Positions 11,995 through 24,100 of a stretch of 64,000 bases of DNA are shown piece by piece. The translations under genes were made by a program, and so were the position numbers. The notes beneath the pieces were generated by a model, which searched no databases, was not told the DNA's origin, and was given only the letters and a program-made list of their open reading frames with translations. The stretch's first letter is position 1; the number at the start of each line of letters is the position of its first letter. This DNA is from Raja brachyura (Eukaryota), in contig OY740806.1 of assembly GCA_963514005.1 (NCBI GenBank), positions 36,952,001-37,016,000 of the forward strand, written 5' to 3'.

Positions 11995-14765
11995 TTCTAA
12001 AATGTGTATATTTTAATGCTAGGAGCATTGTAAGAAAGGTGGATGAACTTAGAACCTGGATTGACACCTGGAAATATGATGTTGTGGCAATCAGTGAAAC
12101 ATGGTTGCAGGAGGGCTGTGATTAGAAACTAAATATTCCAGGATTTCGTTGTTTCAGGTGTGATAGGATTGGAGGGACCAGAGGTGGAGGTGTTGCATTG
12201 CTTGTCAGAGAAGATATTACTGCAGTGCTTTGGCAGGATAGATTAGAGGGCTCGTCTAGGGAAGCTATTTGGGTGGAACTAAGAAGTGGGAACGGTGTAG
12301 CAAAACTTTTAGGGGTGTATTATAGACCGCCAAATGGGGAGTGAGAATTGGAAGAGCAAATATGTAAGGAGATAGCAGATATTAGTAGTAAGCACAAGGT
12401 AGTGATTGTGGGAGATTTCAATTTTCCAAAAATAGACAGGGAAACACATTCTGTAAATGGGCTGGATGGTTTGGAGTTTGTAAAATGTGTGCAGGATAGT
12501 TTCTTGCAGCAATACTTAGAGGTATCGACCAGAGAAGGGGCAGTGCAGGAAGTCCTGATAGGAAATGAGGCAGGTCAGGTGACGGAGGTATGCGTTGGTG
12601 AGCACTTCGGGACCAGTCATCACAATACCATTAGTTTCAATATAATTATGGAGAGAGTCAGAACTGGACCTAGGGTTGAGATTTTTGATTGGAGAAAGGC
12701 TAACTTTGAGGGAATGCATAAGGATTTAAAAGGAGTGAATTGGGACATTTTGTTTTATGGGAAGGATGTAGAAGAGAAATGGAGGACTTTTAAATGGGAA
12801 ATTGTAAGAGTACAGAATCTTTGTGTCCCTGTTCGGTTGAAAGGAAATAGTAAAAATCGGAAAGAGCCATGGTTTTCAAGGGAAATTGGACACTTGGTTC
12901 GAAAAAAGATAGATATCTACAATAATTATAGGAGGCATGGAGTAAATGAGGTGCTAGAGGAGTATAAAGAGTGTAAAAAGAATCTTAAGAAATAAATTAG
13001 AAAAGGTAAGAGAAGATATGAGGTTGCTTTGGCAAGAAAGGTGAAAGTAAATCCAAAGGTTTTCTACAGCTATACTAATAGCAAAAGGATAACGAGGGAC
13101 AAAATTGGACCATTAGAGAGCCAGAATGGACAGCTATCTGCAGAGCCAAAAGAGATGGGGGAGATATTGAACAATTTATTTTCTTTGGTATTCACCAAGG
13201 AGAAGGATATTGAACGCTGTGAGGTAAGGGAAAAAAGTAGAGTAACTATGGAAACGATGAGATTCAAAGAGGAGGAAGTACTGACACTTTTGAAAAATAT
13301 AAAAGTGGATAAGTCTCCAGGTCCTGACAGGATATTACCTAGGACATTGAGGGAAGTTAGTGTAGAAATAGCAGGGGCTATGACAGAAATATTTCAAATG
13401 TCATTAGAAACAGGAATAGTGCCGGAGGATTGGCGCACTGCGCATGTTGTTCCATTGTTTAAAAAGGGTTCCAAGAATAAACCAAACAATTATAGACCTA
13501 TTAGTTTGACGTCAGTGGTGGGCAAATTAATGGAAAGGATACTTAGAGATAATATATATAAGCATCTGGATAAACAGGGTCTGATCAGGAACAGTCAACA
13601 TGGATTTGTGCCTGGAAGGTCATGTTTGACAAACCTTCTTGAATTTTTTGAAGAGGTTACTAGGGAAATTGATAAGGGTAAAGCAGTGGATGTTGTCTAT
13701 ATGGATTTCAGTAAGGCCTTTGACAAGGTTCCCCATGGAAGGTTGGTTAAGAAGGTTCAATCTTTGGGTGTTAATGGTGGAGTAGCAAGATGGATTCAGC
13801 TGTGGCAGAATGGGAGATGCCAGAGAGTAATGGTGGATGGCTGTTTGGCAGGTTGGAAGCCGGTGACCAGTGGGTGCCTCAGGGATCTGTGTTGGGTTCA
13901 CTGTTGTTTGTCATGTATATCGACGATCTGGATGATGGGGTGGAAAATTGGATAAGTAAGTATGCAGATGATACTAAGATAGGTGGTGTTGTGGATAATG
14001 AAGTAGATTTTCAAAGTCTACAGAGAGATTTGGGCCATTTGGAAGAGTGGGCTGAAAGATGGCAGATGGAGTTTAATGCTGATAAGTGTGAGGTGCTACA
14101 TCTTAGCAGGACAAATCAAAATAGGATGTACATGGTAAATGGTAGGGAATTGAAGAATGCTGTGTAACAGAGGGATCTAGGAATAACTGTGGTAAAGGGT
14201 GGTAAAGAAAGCTTTTGGTGTGCTGGCCTTTATAAATCAGAGCATTGAATATAGGAGTAGGGAAGTAATGTTAAAATTGTACAAGGCATTGGTGAGACCA
14301 ATTCTGGAGTATGGTGTACAATTTTGGTCGCCTAATTATAGGAAGGATGTCAACAAAATAGAGAGAGTACAGAGGAGATTTACTAGAATGTTGCCTGGGT
14401 TCCAGCAATTAAGTTACAGAGAAAGGTTGAACAAGTTAGGTCTTTATTCTTTGGAGCGCAGAAGGTTAAGGGGGGACTTGATTGAGGTCTTTAAAATGAT
14501 GAAAGGGATAGACAGAGTTGACGTGGACAGGCTTTTCCCATTGAGGGTAGGGAAGATTCAAACAAGAGAGCATGACATGAGAATTAAGGGACCGAAGTTT
14601 AGCGGTAACATGAGGGGGAACTTTTTTACTCAGAGAGTGGTGGCTGTGTGGAATGAGCTTCCAGCAGAAGTGGTGGAGGCAGGATCAATTTTAACATTTA
14701 AAAGTAAAGTGGATAGGTATATGGACGGGAAGGGAATGGAGGGGTATGGTCTGAGTGCAGGTTGA
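11995..14765 (+). pseudogene. CR1 ORF2 (AP endonuclease + reverse transcriptase), broken by stops and frameshifts
   Basis: YFNARSI..VAISETWL, GDFNFP, NYRPISLTSVVGK, YMDFSKAFDKV, KYADDTK spread over several ORFs. Confidence 0.9.
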
Positions 14766-16260
14766 TGGGAGTAGGGGAAAATAAATGTTTGGCATGGACT
14801 GAAAGGGCCGAGAGGGCCTGTTTTCCATGCTGTAATTGTTATATGTTATATGTTATAATATTCCTGACAAACAGGAATCAAGGCTGCACAGTCTAGCCAG
14901 CCAGTGCAAAGTCCTAAGCCGGATCTTACTGACTTTATTCCAAGATCTGACTGATGGGCAAAATGGAGGAAGACATAACGAACATTCCTCCTTGTTGTAG
15001 TGATAATGTATCTCTCGCCACTGTTATGCCACATAGTTTTGCAGCCGTGAATAAGCATGAAACATTACATCAACATTCGGTGTTCCATCGAACCATAATT
15101 TCATAAATACTTTGTGATCCAACACTCATTCTATGTTGTCATTGATCTGTACTGGATGATACACCAATGGCAAATGAGATTATGTAAATTAGTACAGGAT
15201 GCTTTTACTTGATTGCACCCATGTGACTAACATATGCCACCACCATTGTGTATCAACCTGCAGTTGAGCATGCAGATTATGCATATTTGGTCCATGACCC
15301 TTTACCCATATAATGCACCTAGGGTTTATAGATAGTTGGTAGCAATAACTGTAGAATTGGCAACTGATATAAATCAGCTCCACCTCCCAACTAGAGGTAA
15401 AATTCACAATTTTCCACCTTAAAGCACTTGACATCAGTTTGTAATATACCTGAATTTTTACTGATCAAACTAGTGGAGCCTTGCTGAATAGTGTTTGTCC
15501 ATCATTATGACTTTATTAACTTCAGCTGGTAAAAGCATAGGTCTCTTAACAATGACCTAGCCGACACTTGAGAGTTTGCTACTTCACAGCTGACACAGCT
15601 ACTATATTGCCAATTACTCTTGATAATAGATAGCTGCTTATAACAACAAGGTTGTTACAAGTTCCCATTAACTCCAATCTCTTGTTCCAGGGCGGAGTCA
15701 CAGGCTAATTAATAGTTGAAGGTAAATCCCAATGACCAACAAGTATATTGGTAACTACTTAATTTTAACTGGATGGATGAGGGAACCTACAAAGCCCTTC
15801 CCATCTTTGAATTTCTCAAATATAGTTTGAAGCTGAACAATTGATTTTTGCAAAATAGAGTGTTAGAATATCATTCAGACTAGACATACCAAGTTTAGAC
15901 TCTGAGTAGCCGAAGCACAGATTTTAGTAATTTGGTAAATACCTGGGTAAATAATTTAGCCTATCTTGCAATGGTTTACTGTTATTAGTACTGTTATTAT
16001 TGCCTCATCATTAGCAAATTATCAGTACTGTTATCATTCTCCTGATGACAATAAAGTTTTCCATGATTTCCATGAATTCCATGATAATTTCAAATGTCTC
16101 TGTAAATGGGAACTGAATAGAATGTATCTTTGAGATCCTTATGAAAATCAGTTGTTAGTCAGTAATGAAGTTTCCTATTCTGAAAGTTTATACTGCGCAT
16201 ACGCGTTACACGACATTCTCCATCTTAACAATGAACGGCCACGGCTGCCATCATTCCGTG

Positions 16261-16500
16261 CCTGTCTGGAACGACAACTCTGGCCCAATTTCTGAGCCTG
16301 TCTTGTAAGACAATCCTGGCTATAAAAATGAGCCTACCTCATAATTCCGAAGCTGCCTCTAAAGGCAACTCTGGCCATAATTCTAAGCCTGCCGTGAAAA
16401 ATAACTGGCCATATTTCGATCCTGTCTCAAAGCGATCCTTGCCATAATACTGAGCCGGCCTTAAAAGACAATACTGGCTTTAATTCCAAACCTGCTTGGA
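16261..16500. repeat. degenerate ~36-bp tandem repeat (~6-7 units)
   Basis: Units such as cctgtctggaacgacaactctggcccaatttctgag and cctgtcttgtaagacaatcctggctataaaaatgag. Confidence 0.7.
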
Positions 16501-17718
16501 GCATTAGTATTGTGCAGTTTTACATGGTTAGGTGACAATGCCTTAACCATACGTATGTTGTACAAACAAGTGTAAAATTACCAACTTGTAAGTGGTCCAC
16601 TTACCCCGTGCCGGGTTATAGAGTAGGACTTGTAGGGTGCGTGGAATGTCTGTCCAGTTTTCACGCTGCCATAGCTTCAGTGAGCGCTCACTGGCAATGG
16701 AGGCGTGGAGTGTGTTGTCGCTGAACCGATGAAGCTTTGCTTGTCATTGGTACCTTGATTGTCCGACAGCTTTTGCTTCCCCATCCAGGTTTTGCCTGTT
16801 GAATAGGTCTTACCTGAATAGAAGATTCGGAGGCTTCCCAACAGACCTATACCAGAATGGAACATACTCGGTGGCAGAATAATGCTGCCCCGCATGCTCT
16901 CCTCTTCCAAGAAGGAGAAATTAAGCAGCCCTAAATAGGCGCTGCTGGCACGGGCACTCGCAAAGGCCGGCGCTGACACTACTCCTCCTGTTGCAGTGTG
17001 TCTTGATGGAACATCCTCTCCATTAGGAGCTCCATCCAGTTTAGCCCAAACAGTTCATTATTACCGGAGGGGAACCCTCCCGGCCCGACTCGTCCCGAGT
17101 CCATAGGTCTGACTGCTTTATGGTTGGTTATACCCCATGTCCTGGGGACCACAACGGCATGGGAGCCGCTGACCGTACTGTCAGCGACTCTGGTGGTGAT
17201 ACTGCCTTCCTCCTGGATTTACCCCTCCACAGGAACCACAGCCGGTCTGGAAGCCACTGACAGTGATACCGCCTCCTGGATTTACCCCTCCACGGGAACC
17301 ACGCCGGTCTGGAAGCCGCTGACCGCATTGTCAGCGACTGGAGTCGTGACCCCGACAGCCGCCGGCTCCCGTGATCCGTGGTTCGGACCGGAGTCTCCCC
17401 ACAGCCCAAACCGGTTTCCCTGCGGCTCGCTGGACTTTGCGACAATATCGAGCAGGAAACCTCTACAAGAAGAGGTTCCTGCAAGAGAAAACAAAACCTG
17501 GTAAGAAATATAAAACTTACCTGCATGTTTAAACTTATCGCTGGCAGGACCGCTGCGCCATGTGAACGACGTAATGACACGCATGTGCACTGGCAGGGTT
17601 CTTCACGGAATCACTCACGTGACTCCGAAGTAAGATGCTGCTGCTTGTCTCTCTGGAACAGAAATTAAATAACATTGAACCAAAAGGGTATGTGTTTATT
17701 TCATTTGCTGCATCTGCA

Positions 17719-19110
17719 TCAAGTGCCCAGACTGTACTTGATCCAAGTGCCGACTGTACTTGATCCAAGTGCCGACTGTACCTGATCCAAGTGCCGACTG
17801 TACCTGATCCAAGTGCCGACTGTACCTGATCCAAGTGCCGACTGTACCTGATCCAAGTGCCGACTGTACCTGATCCAAGTGCCGACTGTACCTGATCCAA
17901 GTGCCGACTGTACCTGATCCAAGTGCCGACTGTACCTGATCCAAGTGCCGACTGTACCTGATCCAAGTGCCCAGACTGTACCTGTCCAAGTGCCCAGACT
18001 GTACCTGATCCAAGTGCCGACTGTACTTGATCCAAGTGCCCAGACTGTACCTGATCCAAGTGCCGACTGTACCTGATCCAAGTGCCGACTGTACCTGATC
18101 CAAGTGCCGACTGTACCTGATCCAAGTGCCCAGACTGTACCTGATCCAAGTGCCGACTGTACCTGATCCAAGTGCCGACTGTACCTGATCCAAGTGCCGA
18201 CTGTACCTGATCCAAGTGCCGACTGTACCTGATCCAAGTGCCGACTGTACTTGATCCAAGTGCCGACTGTACTTGATCCAAGTGCCGACTGTACTTGATC
18301 CAAGTGCCGACTGTACCTGATCCAAGTGCCGACTGTACTTGATCCAAGTGCCCAGACTGTACCTGATCCAAGTGCCGACTGTACCTGACCCAAGTGCCGA
18401 CTGTACTTGATCTAAGTGCCCAGACTGTACCTGATCCAAGTGCCCAGACTGTACCTGATCCAAGTGCCCAGACTGTACCTGATCCAAGTGCCGACTGTAC
18501 TTGATCCAAGTGCCGACTGTACTTGATCCAAGTGCCGACTGTACTTGATCCAAGTGCCGACTGTACTTGATCCAAGTGCCGACTGTACCTGATCCAAGTG
18601 CCGACTGTACCTGATCCAAGTGCCGACTGTACCTGATCCAAGTGCCGACTGTACCTGATCCAAGTGCCGACTGTACCTGATCCAAGTGCCGACTGTACCT
18701 GATCCAAGTGCCCAGACTGTACCTGATCCAAGTGCCGACTGTACCTGATCCAAGTGCCCAGACTGTACCTGATCCAAGTGCCGACTGTACTTGATTCAAG
18801 TGCTGACTGTACCTGATCCAAGTGCCGACTGTACCTGATCCAAGTGCCGACTGTACCTGATCCAAGTGCCGACTGTACTTGATCCAAGTGCCGACTGTAC
18901 CTGATCCAAGTGCCGACTGTACCTGATCCAAGTGCCCAGACTGTACCTGATCCAAGTGCCGACTGTACCTGATCCAAGTGCCGACTGTACTTGATCCAAG
19001 TGCCGACTGTACTTGATCCAAGTGCCGACTGTACTTGATCCAAGTGCCAACTGTACTTGATCCAAGTGCCCAAACTGTACTTGATCCAAGTGCGCAGACT
19101 GTACCTGATT
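17719..19110. repeat. minisatellite, 22-bp unit CCAAGTGCCGACTGTACCTGAT with 24-bp (+CA) and C/T variants, ~60 copies
   Basis: Directly visible tandem array. Confidence 0.97.
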
Positions 19111-19764
19111 CTGTACTTGAGTAATTTAAACTGGAAGTTTTTAGACTTGAACAATTTCAGGTCAGAAATGCTAGGGAGGAATGTTGGGATTGTGTAGCAA
19201 TATGACTGGACCATTGATGCTCATCAGGTCAACTGAGGAATTTTAATTAGCCAAAACTGAAATAGTAGTTACTATAAAACCACTGGATTGTCCTCAAAAT
19301 CTACTGACTGCTTGTGTTCATCAAGGAAGGAAAACTGTCATCCTTACCTGGTTTCATAGACCATTAGCATAGATTATTAACTTTCTCTGCAGTTCAGGGA
19401 AAATTAAGGAAGGTCAATAAATGCTGCTCACAAGTCATGATTTGTTAAGCACTGGGAATTAAAGATTCTAACACTTCAACTAAAGTCGTGCCTTGATTCT
19501 CTGTCCTAAATAAGGCAGTGGTGAACAAAGGGCCATTGACATGACCAGCTCAGAAGAAATGAATGTTTTCAAGACTTAAATTTTCTAGTTTTCACAATTC
19601 TCCTGTCGGCTTCAATGTGTTGCTAGATGGTTCAGGGATAATGTTGTTCTCTGGGACCTTGAGGATAATTAATGTCTGAGCCTTGGTAATTGTCACTGTT
19701 TCATGTGAAGGTCAAGGAGGCTTCATTATATGTTCTCAGCCAGACTTCATATAACAGTATAGGC

Positions 19765-19955
19765 AAGAACTGCAGATGCTGGTTTAAATCGAAGGTAGAT
19801 ACAAAACGCTGGAGTAACTCAGCGGGACAGGCAATGGGTGACGTTTCGGGTCGATCAGTCTGAAGAAGAGTCTCGACCCGAAACGTTACCCATTCCTTCT
19901 CTCCAGAGATGCTGCTTGTCCCGCTGAGTTACTGTAGCATTTTGTGTCTACCTTC
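19765..19955. mobile_element. PLE-derived foldback repeat
   Basis: Inverted arms around ctgaagaagagtctcgacccgaaacg. Confidence 0.7.
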
Positions 19956-20957
19956 ATATAACAGTGCCCTGGTGTGGAGCAACCTGCTTCCTTTCTACCC
20001 AGCCAAGGCAACCTGAGGCATGGCGCAGTGCCCAAACTTAGTGGTGGCAGAGTTTGTTGATGCTTGACAAACTAATGCTTCCACCAGAGACACTCCGTAG
20101 ATTTCTGGAGTTCCGGTTGCTGAGAACTGTTCTGCATTCATTATGTTCTTGGAGTATTCAACATCACATTCCATCTTACAATTAAGTCCTTGTACGTCCT
20201 CAGTGCCCAGAAGGATTTACGTATTATTGAACCCTTGTGGTTATAAAATTCAGATGCTTGACTTGCAGATTGTACAGTATGTTCAGCTCATGAAGGCAGA
20301 CGGAGGCCCTATTACCATGCATTCCACGGTTCCATGTTACACATGTAGCCTTGGGTCTGCAGAATTTAATCCTGCATCTTTATAATTATTATTTTCAAGA
20401 GATACTACCATAGGACATAATTGCATATCCCAAAGCTTTCTGTTTTTTTTGTTACCTCCAGCATTGTTCTTGTACTGAGTGAGAAAGCTGTGGCCTTGAG
20501 TCTCTGAATATTTCAGAAATAATGAAGATTGTACAGTAGTTAATTTAGTGTCAGCCTTTAACAGTGAACTGTCTTCATTTTTTACGATGGGTCACAGTAA
20601 ACCAACCTGAGTGCAATACTACTCTGCATTGCTACTTGGTTTACAGGGTGATGTGTATTCAAAGCCACTGTAACTGCTTAGTAGTGTGACGCTATAGCAT
20701 TAGGATACCCAGCATTGTCTGAAGAAGGATCCTGACCTGAAACATGGCCTGTCCATTCCTTACACAGATGCCTGACTCGTTGAGTTCCTGCAGCACTTTG
20801 TGTTTTGCTTGCATCAGCATAGTAATTATTGGTGACAGCACTCCTGTTTTGTAAGTGTGCAGTTTCGATTTGTACTCGACTCTCCGCCCCTGAGTTTGAG
20901 CAGGAAGTACAGTGCCAGTGGATTCTCCTTTCCCCAAAGCTGTCTTCTCCTTGTGCC

Positions 20958-21160
20958 ATGGCAGGTGAACCAAAGGGGTTTCTCCTTCAGCAGTCAGCCA
21001 TCACCCCAGGTGTGTTTACCGAGGCTGACTTTGTGTCTTTCAACAAGATCGCTTCAGGAAAATTCGCAAATGTCTTCAAAATAAAACACAAAGTGTGGAG
21101 GGTGAACTTGGCCCTAAAGTGCTGCCATTTGTTACGTGAAGAATCATCATCATTTGAAAG
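20958..21160 (+). CDS. ANKK1: ANKK1 exon 1 (kinase N-lobe: Gly-loop IASGKFANV, beta3 LALK)
   Basis: Kozak-like gccATGg start; ends GAAAG|GTGGGT, phase 2. Confidence 0.85.
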
Positions 21161-24100
21161 GTGGGTGGTAGACATTATAGCTACAGTTAGAGATGCATTC
21201 ACTTTTAAACAAAATACAAATTGATAATTAAAACTGCAGTAAGCAAACGTGGATGATATTATTTATATCCAGCAGTCAATTACTGTGTGATAGAAATTGC
21301 TGCAGGCTAGCTTTTGCTTTTTCCTATAATTTGCAAGATTTATCATTTGGATGGCACTTTAAACTAAACAAAACTAAATGTTATTTTAAATTTAGTTTTC
21401 TCGATCAATAGATGAAAGGATGTGGGTGAAGTGGGTGCACCCGCACTGATGATTGTAGCTGCGCCCATCTGAACAATTTAGGCTTGTCACGATTCATGAA
21501 TTTATCGGCCAGTGGCATCTTCCTGTATGAGACTGTAGATGTTGGAGTCATAGTCTCAGGATAAGGGGCGGGTATTTCAGACGGGAGCAAGGGGAATTTT
21601 CTGCAATTAGAGGGCTGTGAATCTTTGGAATTCTCTACTCTGCTGTGGATGCTCATATACTGTGTATAATTAAATCTGGGCAATAGATTCTTGGCTGCAA
21701 GAACAACAAAGTGATATCGGGCAAAGCAGAAAAAATGGAAGTGACATCAATGTTCAGCTGATCTTATTGACAAGTGGAGAATATGAGGTGTCAGAGTTTA
21801 CTCCTGAGTCTATTTCTTATGTTCTTAAGTTTGANNNNNNNNNNNNNNNNNNNNNNNNNNNNNNNNNNNNNNNNNNNNNNNNNNNNNNNNNNNNNNNNNN
21901 NNNNNNNNNNNNNNNNNNNNNNNNNNNNNNNNNNNNNNNNNNNNNNNNNNNNNNNNNNNNNNNNNNNNNNNNNNNNNNNNNNNNNNNNNNAGACTAAGTG
22001 GGACCCGTTGGGTCCCAGCATCACACGGGAGGGCTAGTCCCCCAACGCAATATTCCACCTCTCCACCAAGGTGGGGGGCGGGGGGGTAGCTTTCTGGAGC
22101 ACTAGTATGGGTGTTGTGGGCTGAATAGACTGGTTTCCAGATAGCTAGTATGGACATTGTGGGCTGAATGGATTCTTGGGGTGGCGGCTCAGCCGCTCAA
22201 GCCTGTTGTGCTTGCAGCTCACTCATTCATGGCTGGTGGGCTGGCAGTTGACTCACGGCTATTCCTTGAAATTCCATTTCAAGCAGGGTGCAAGGCCACC
22301 AAATTCAAGTGTAGTTTCTTACCAATTCAAGCAGGGTGCAAGGCCACCAAATTCAAGAGCAGTTTCATACCATTTCAAGCAGGATGCAAGGCCACTAAAG
22401 ACAGTGAATCCTCCATCTTGCAGAGACTGAGCCACACCTACACTTCTGGGTTTTATAGTCCATCCCCCCCTCGCACCAGAAGGGGCATCGCCTTCATGGC
22501 ATGATTGACAAGAGAGAGAATCTCAACATTTTTTAAACACTAATAACTCTTTTTTCATCAATGGGAAAATTCCTCGGCACCTGATGAGCGGAGGGGGACT
22601 CTGAGTAAGATGACCAAAAATCACAGTCGTACCTGGTAGCGTCTTTTCTAAAATCAATATAAAGCACAATAAGGAAGTGGTCGAGATTAGACTTTTAATT
22701 TTATAGAATGCAAGGCAATTTTAATTGGGCAAGGCAACTTTAATTAGGCAAGGCAACTTTAATTGGGCAAGGCAACTTTAATTAGGCAAGGCAACTTTAA
22801 TTAGGCAAGGCAACTTTAGGATTTCCAAACCAAAGGCAACACAGCTTTGGCATTTCCAAAGCAAAGGCAACACAGCTCTAGAATTTCCAAACTATATTTT
22901 CAAACCACATTAAGGGCACTGACAGGTCAGTAAAACCACTTACAGTTTAGTAGACATGTGTTCAGTGTTATTCACAGCTCAGACTGAGAGACGTGACCCT
23001 CTCACTCCCACCATCTTGCAGAGACTGACTGAGGCACAACACTTCCTGGTTTTATAGTCCCTCCGGAAGGGGCGTGGCCTTCAGGAGCGAGAATCTCAAC
23101 ATTTTTTAAACACCAATAACTCTTTTATTTTTTTTATCGATGGGAAAAATCCGCTTGTCCTGCGCAGCGAATGGGGACTCTGAGTAAGATGGCCAAAAAT
23201 CACAGCCGTAAGTGGCAACGTTTTTTCTAAAATCAATATACGGAACAAAGGAAGTGATCAAGGTCAGACTTTTAGTAATATAGATATCGGCAGAGAATTT
23301 ACAGTTAAAATTGTGTAAGTACCGTAAAAATATCGATAATTCTAAGGATAGTAGGAGATAAAAACTGTATCTGCATAAAAATGGTTGAGGGTGGTAGTTT
23401 GGGACATTACCTTTCTTCTTTAACATTACAGGGACATTAAATATCTGATGGAGGTGGCAGGGAAGATGCTGAGAGTTAAGTTCAAGCACATTTTGCCAAT
23501 ATATGGGATTTGTACACGACCAGCGGGAATTGTAATGGAATACTTGGAAAACGGATCTCTGGATAAATTGCTTGTAAAAGATACATTACCTTGGCCAATG
23601 AAATTCCAGATTATTCATGAGACGTCTTTGGGAATGAACTTCTTGCACAGTATGAAGCCACCACTACTTCACTTGGAGTTGAAAGCTAGAAACATACTCC
23701 TGGATGAAAACCTCCACATCAAGGTTGCTGTGTTGATTGTCTGACTGGAACTCTCATACCTGACAGGTTTAAGGCAGCTAGTGTGATATCAATTAGTTTC
23801 CAGCCTTGGTTCCATGATATCTCTCATCTCTGCATAGGATATTTGCAGTTTCAACTTTCATTTCAGCGTACAATGCAGTCTGACACCCCAGTGAAGTGTT
23901 GAGGGAGTGCACCATCATCAAGATTTTAAAACTAAATCCTTTGCTAATGTCCAAAAGATAGATTGCATTACAGATTAAACCAGTATAATGATATTCATTC
24001 AATTTATCATAAGAGATAAGCTACAGAATATCAATGCAGCGTTGTGCTAAACCAGTCAGTTAACAGCACAATCTCTGGCAGGTGTTGAGAGTTCATTAGT

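Larger units (their letters stand above)
10758..14854 (+). mobile_element. near-full-length CR1 (HER1-like) LINE nested in the DIRS element
   Basis: 5' tandem repeats, ORF1 (zinc finger + SGNH esterase), ORF2 (APE + RT with YADD), 3' (TTATATG)-like tail. Confidence 0.93.
9481..17636 (-). mobile_element. degenerate DIRS1-type tyrosine-recombinase retrotransposon, interrupted by a CR1
   Basis: Inverted terminal similarity (~9540-9572 vs ~17575-17607); internal complementary region 9688-9775 pairing with both ends; YR motif HSTRSATTS..VPLDHMLAAAG at ~9897-9975; RNaseH-like remnant near 15230-15280. Confidence 0.78.

Noticed and set aside
17719-19110. CRISPR-like appearance of the regular array
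   Set aside because: Units are contiguous with no unique spacers, there are no cas genes, and the context is eukaryotic.
17535-19214. Long minus-strand ORFs (559 and 441 aa)
   Set aside because: Artefacts of a stop-free 22-bp minisatellite; the same peptide cycles through all three frames.
20829-20957. Upstream in-frame extension of ANKK1 exon 1
   Set aside because: It starts at a non-ATG codon in the ORF track; the first ATG in good Kozak context is at 20958.
21767-22157. ORFs containing X runs
   Set aside because: They span the assembly gap.
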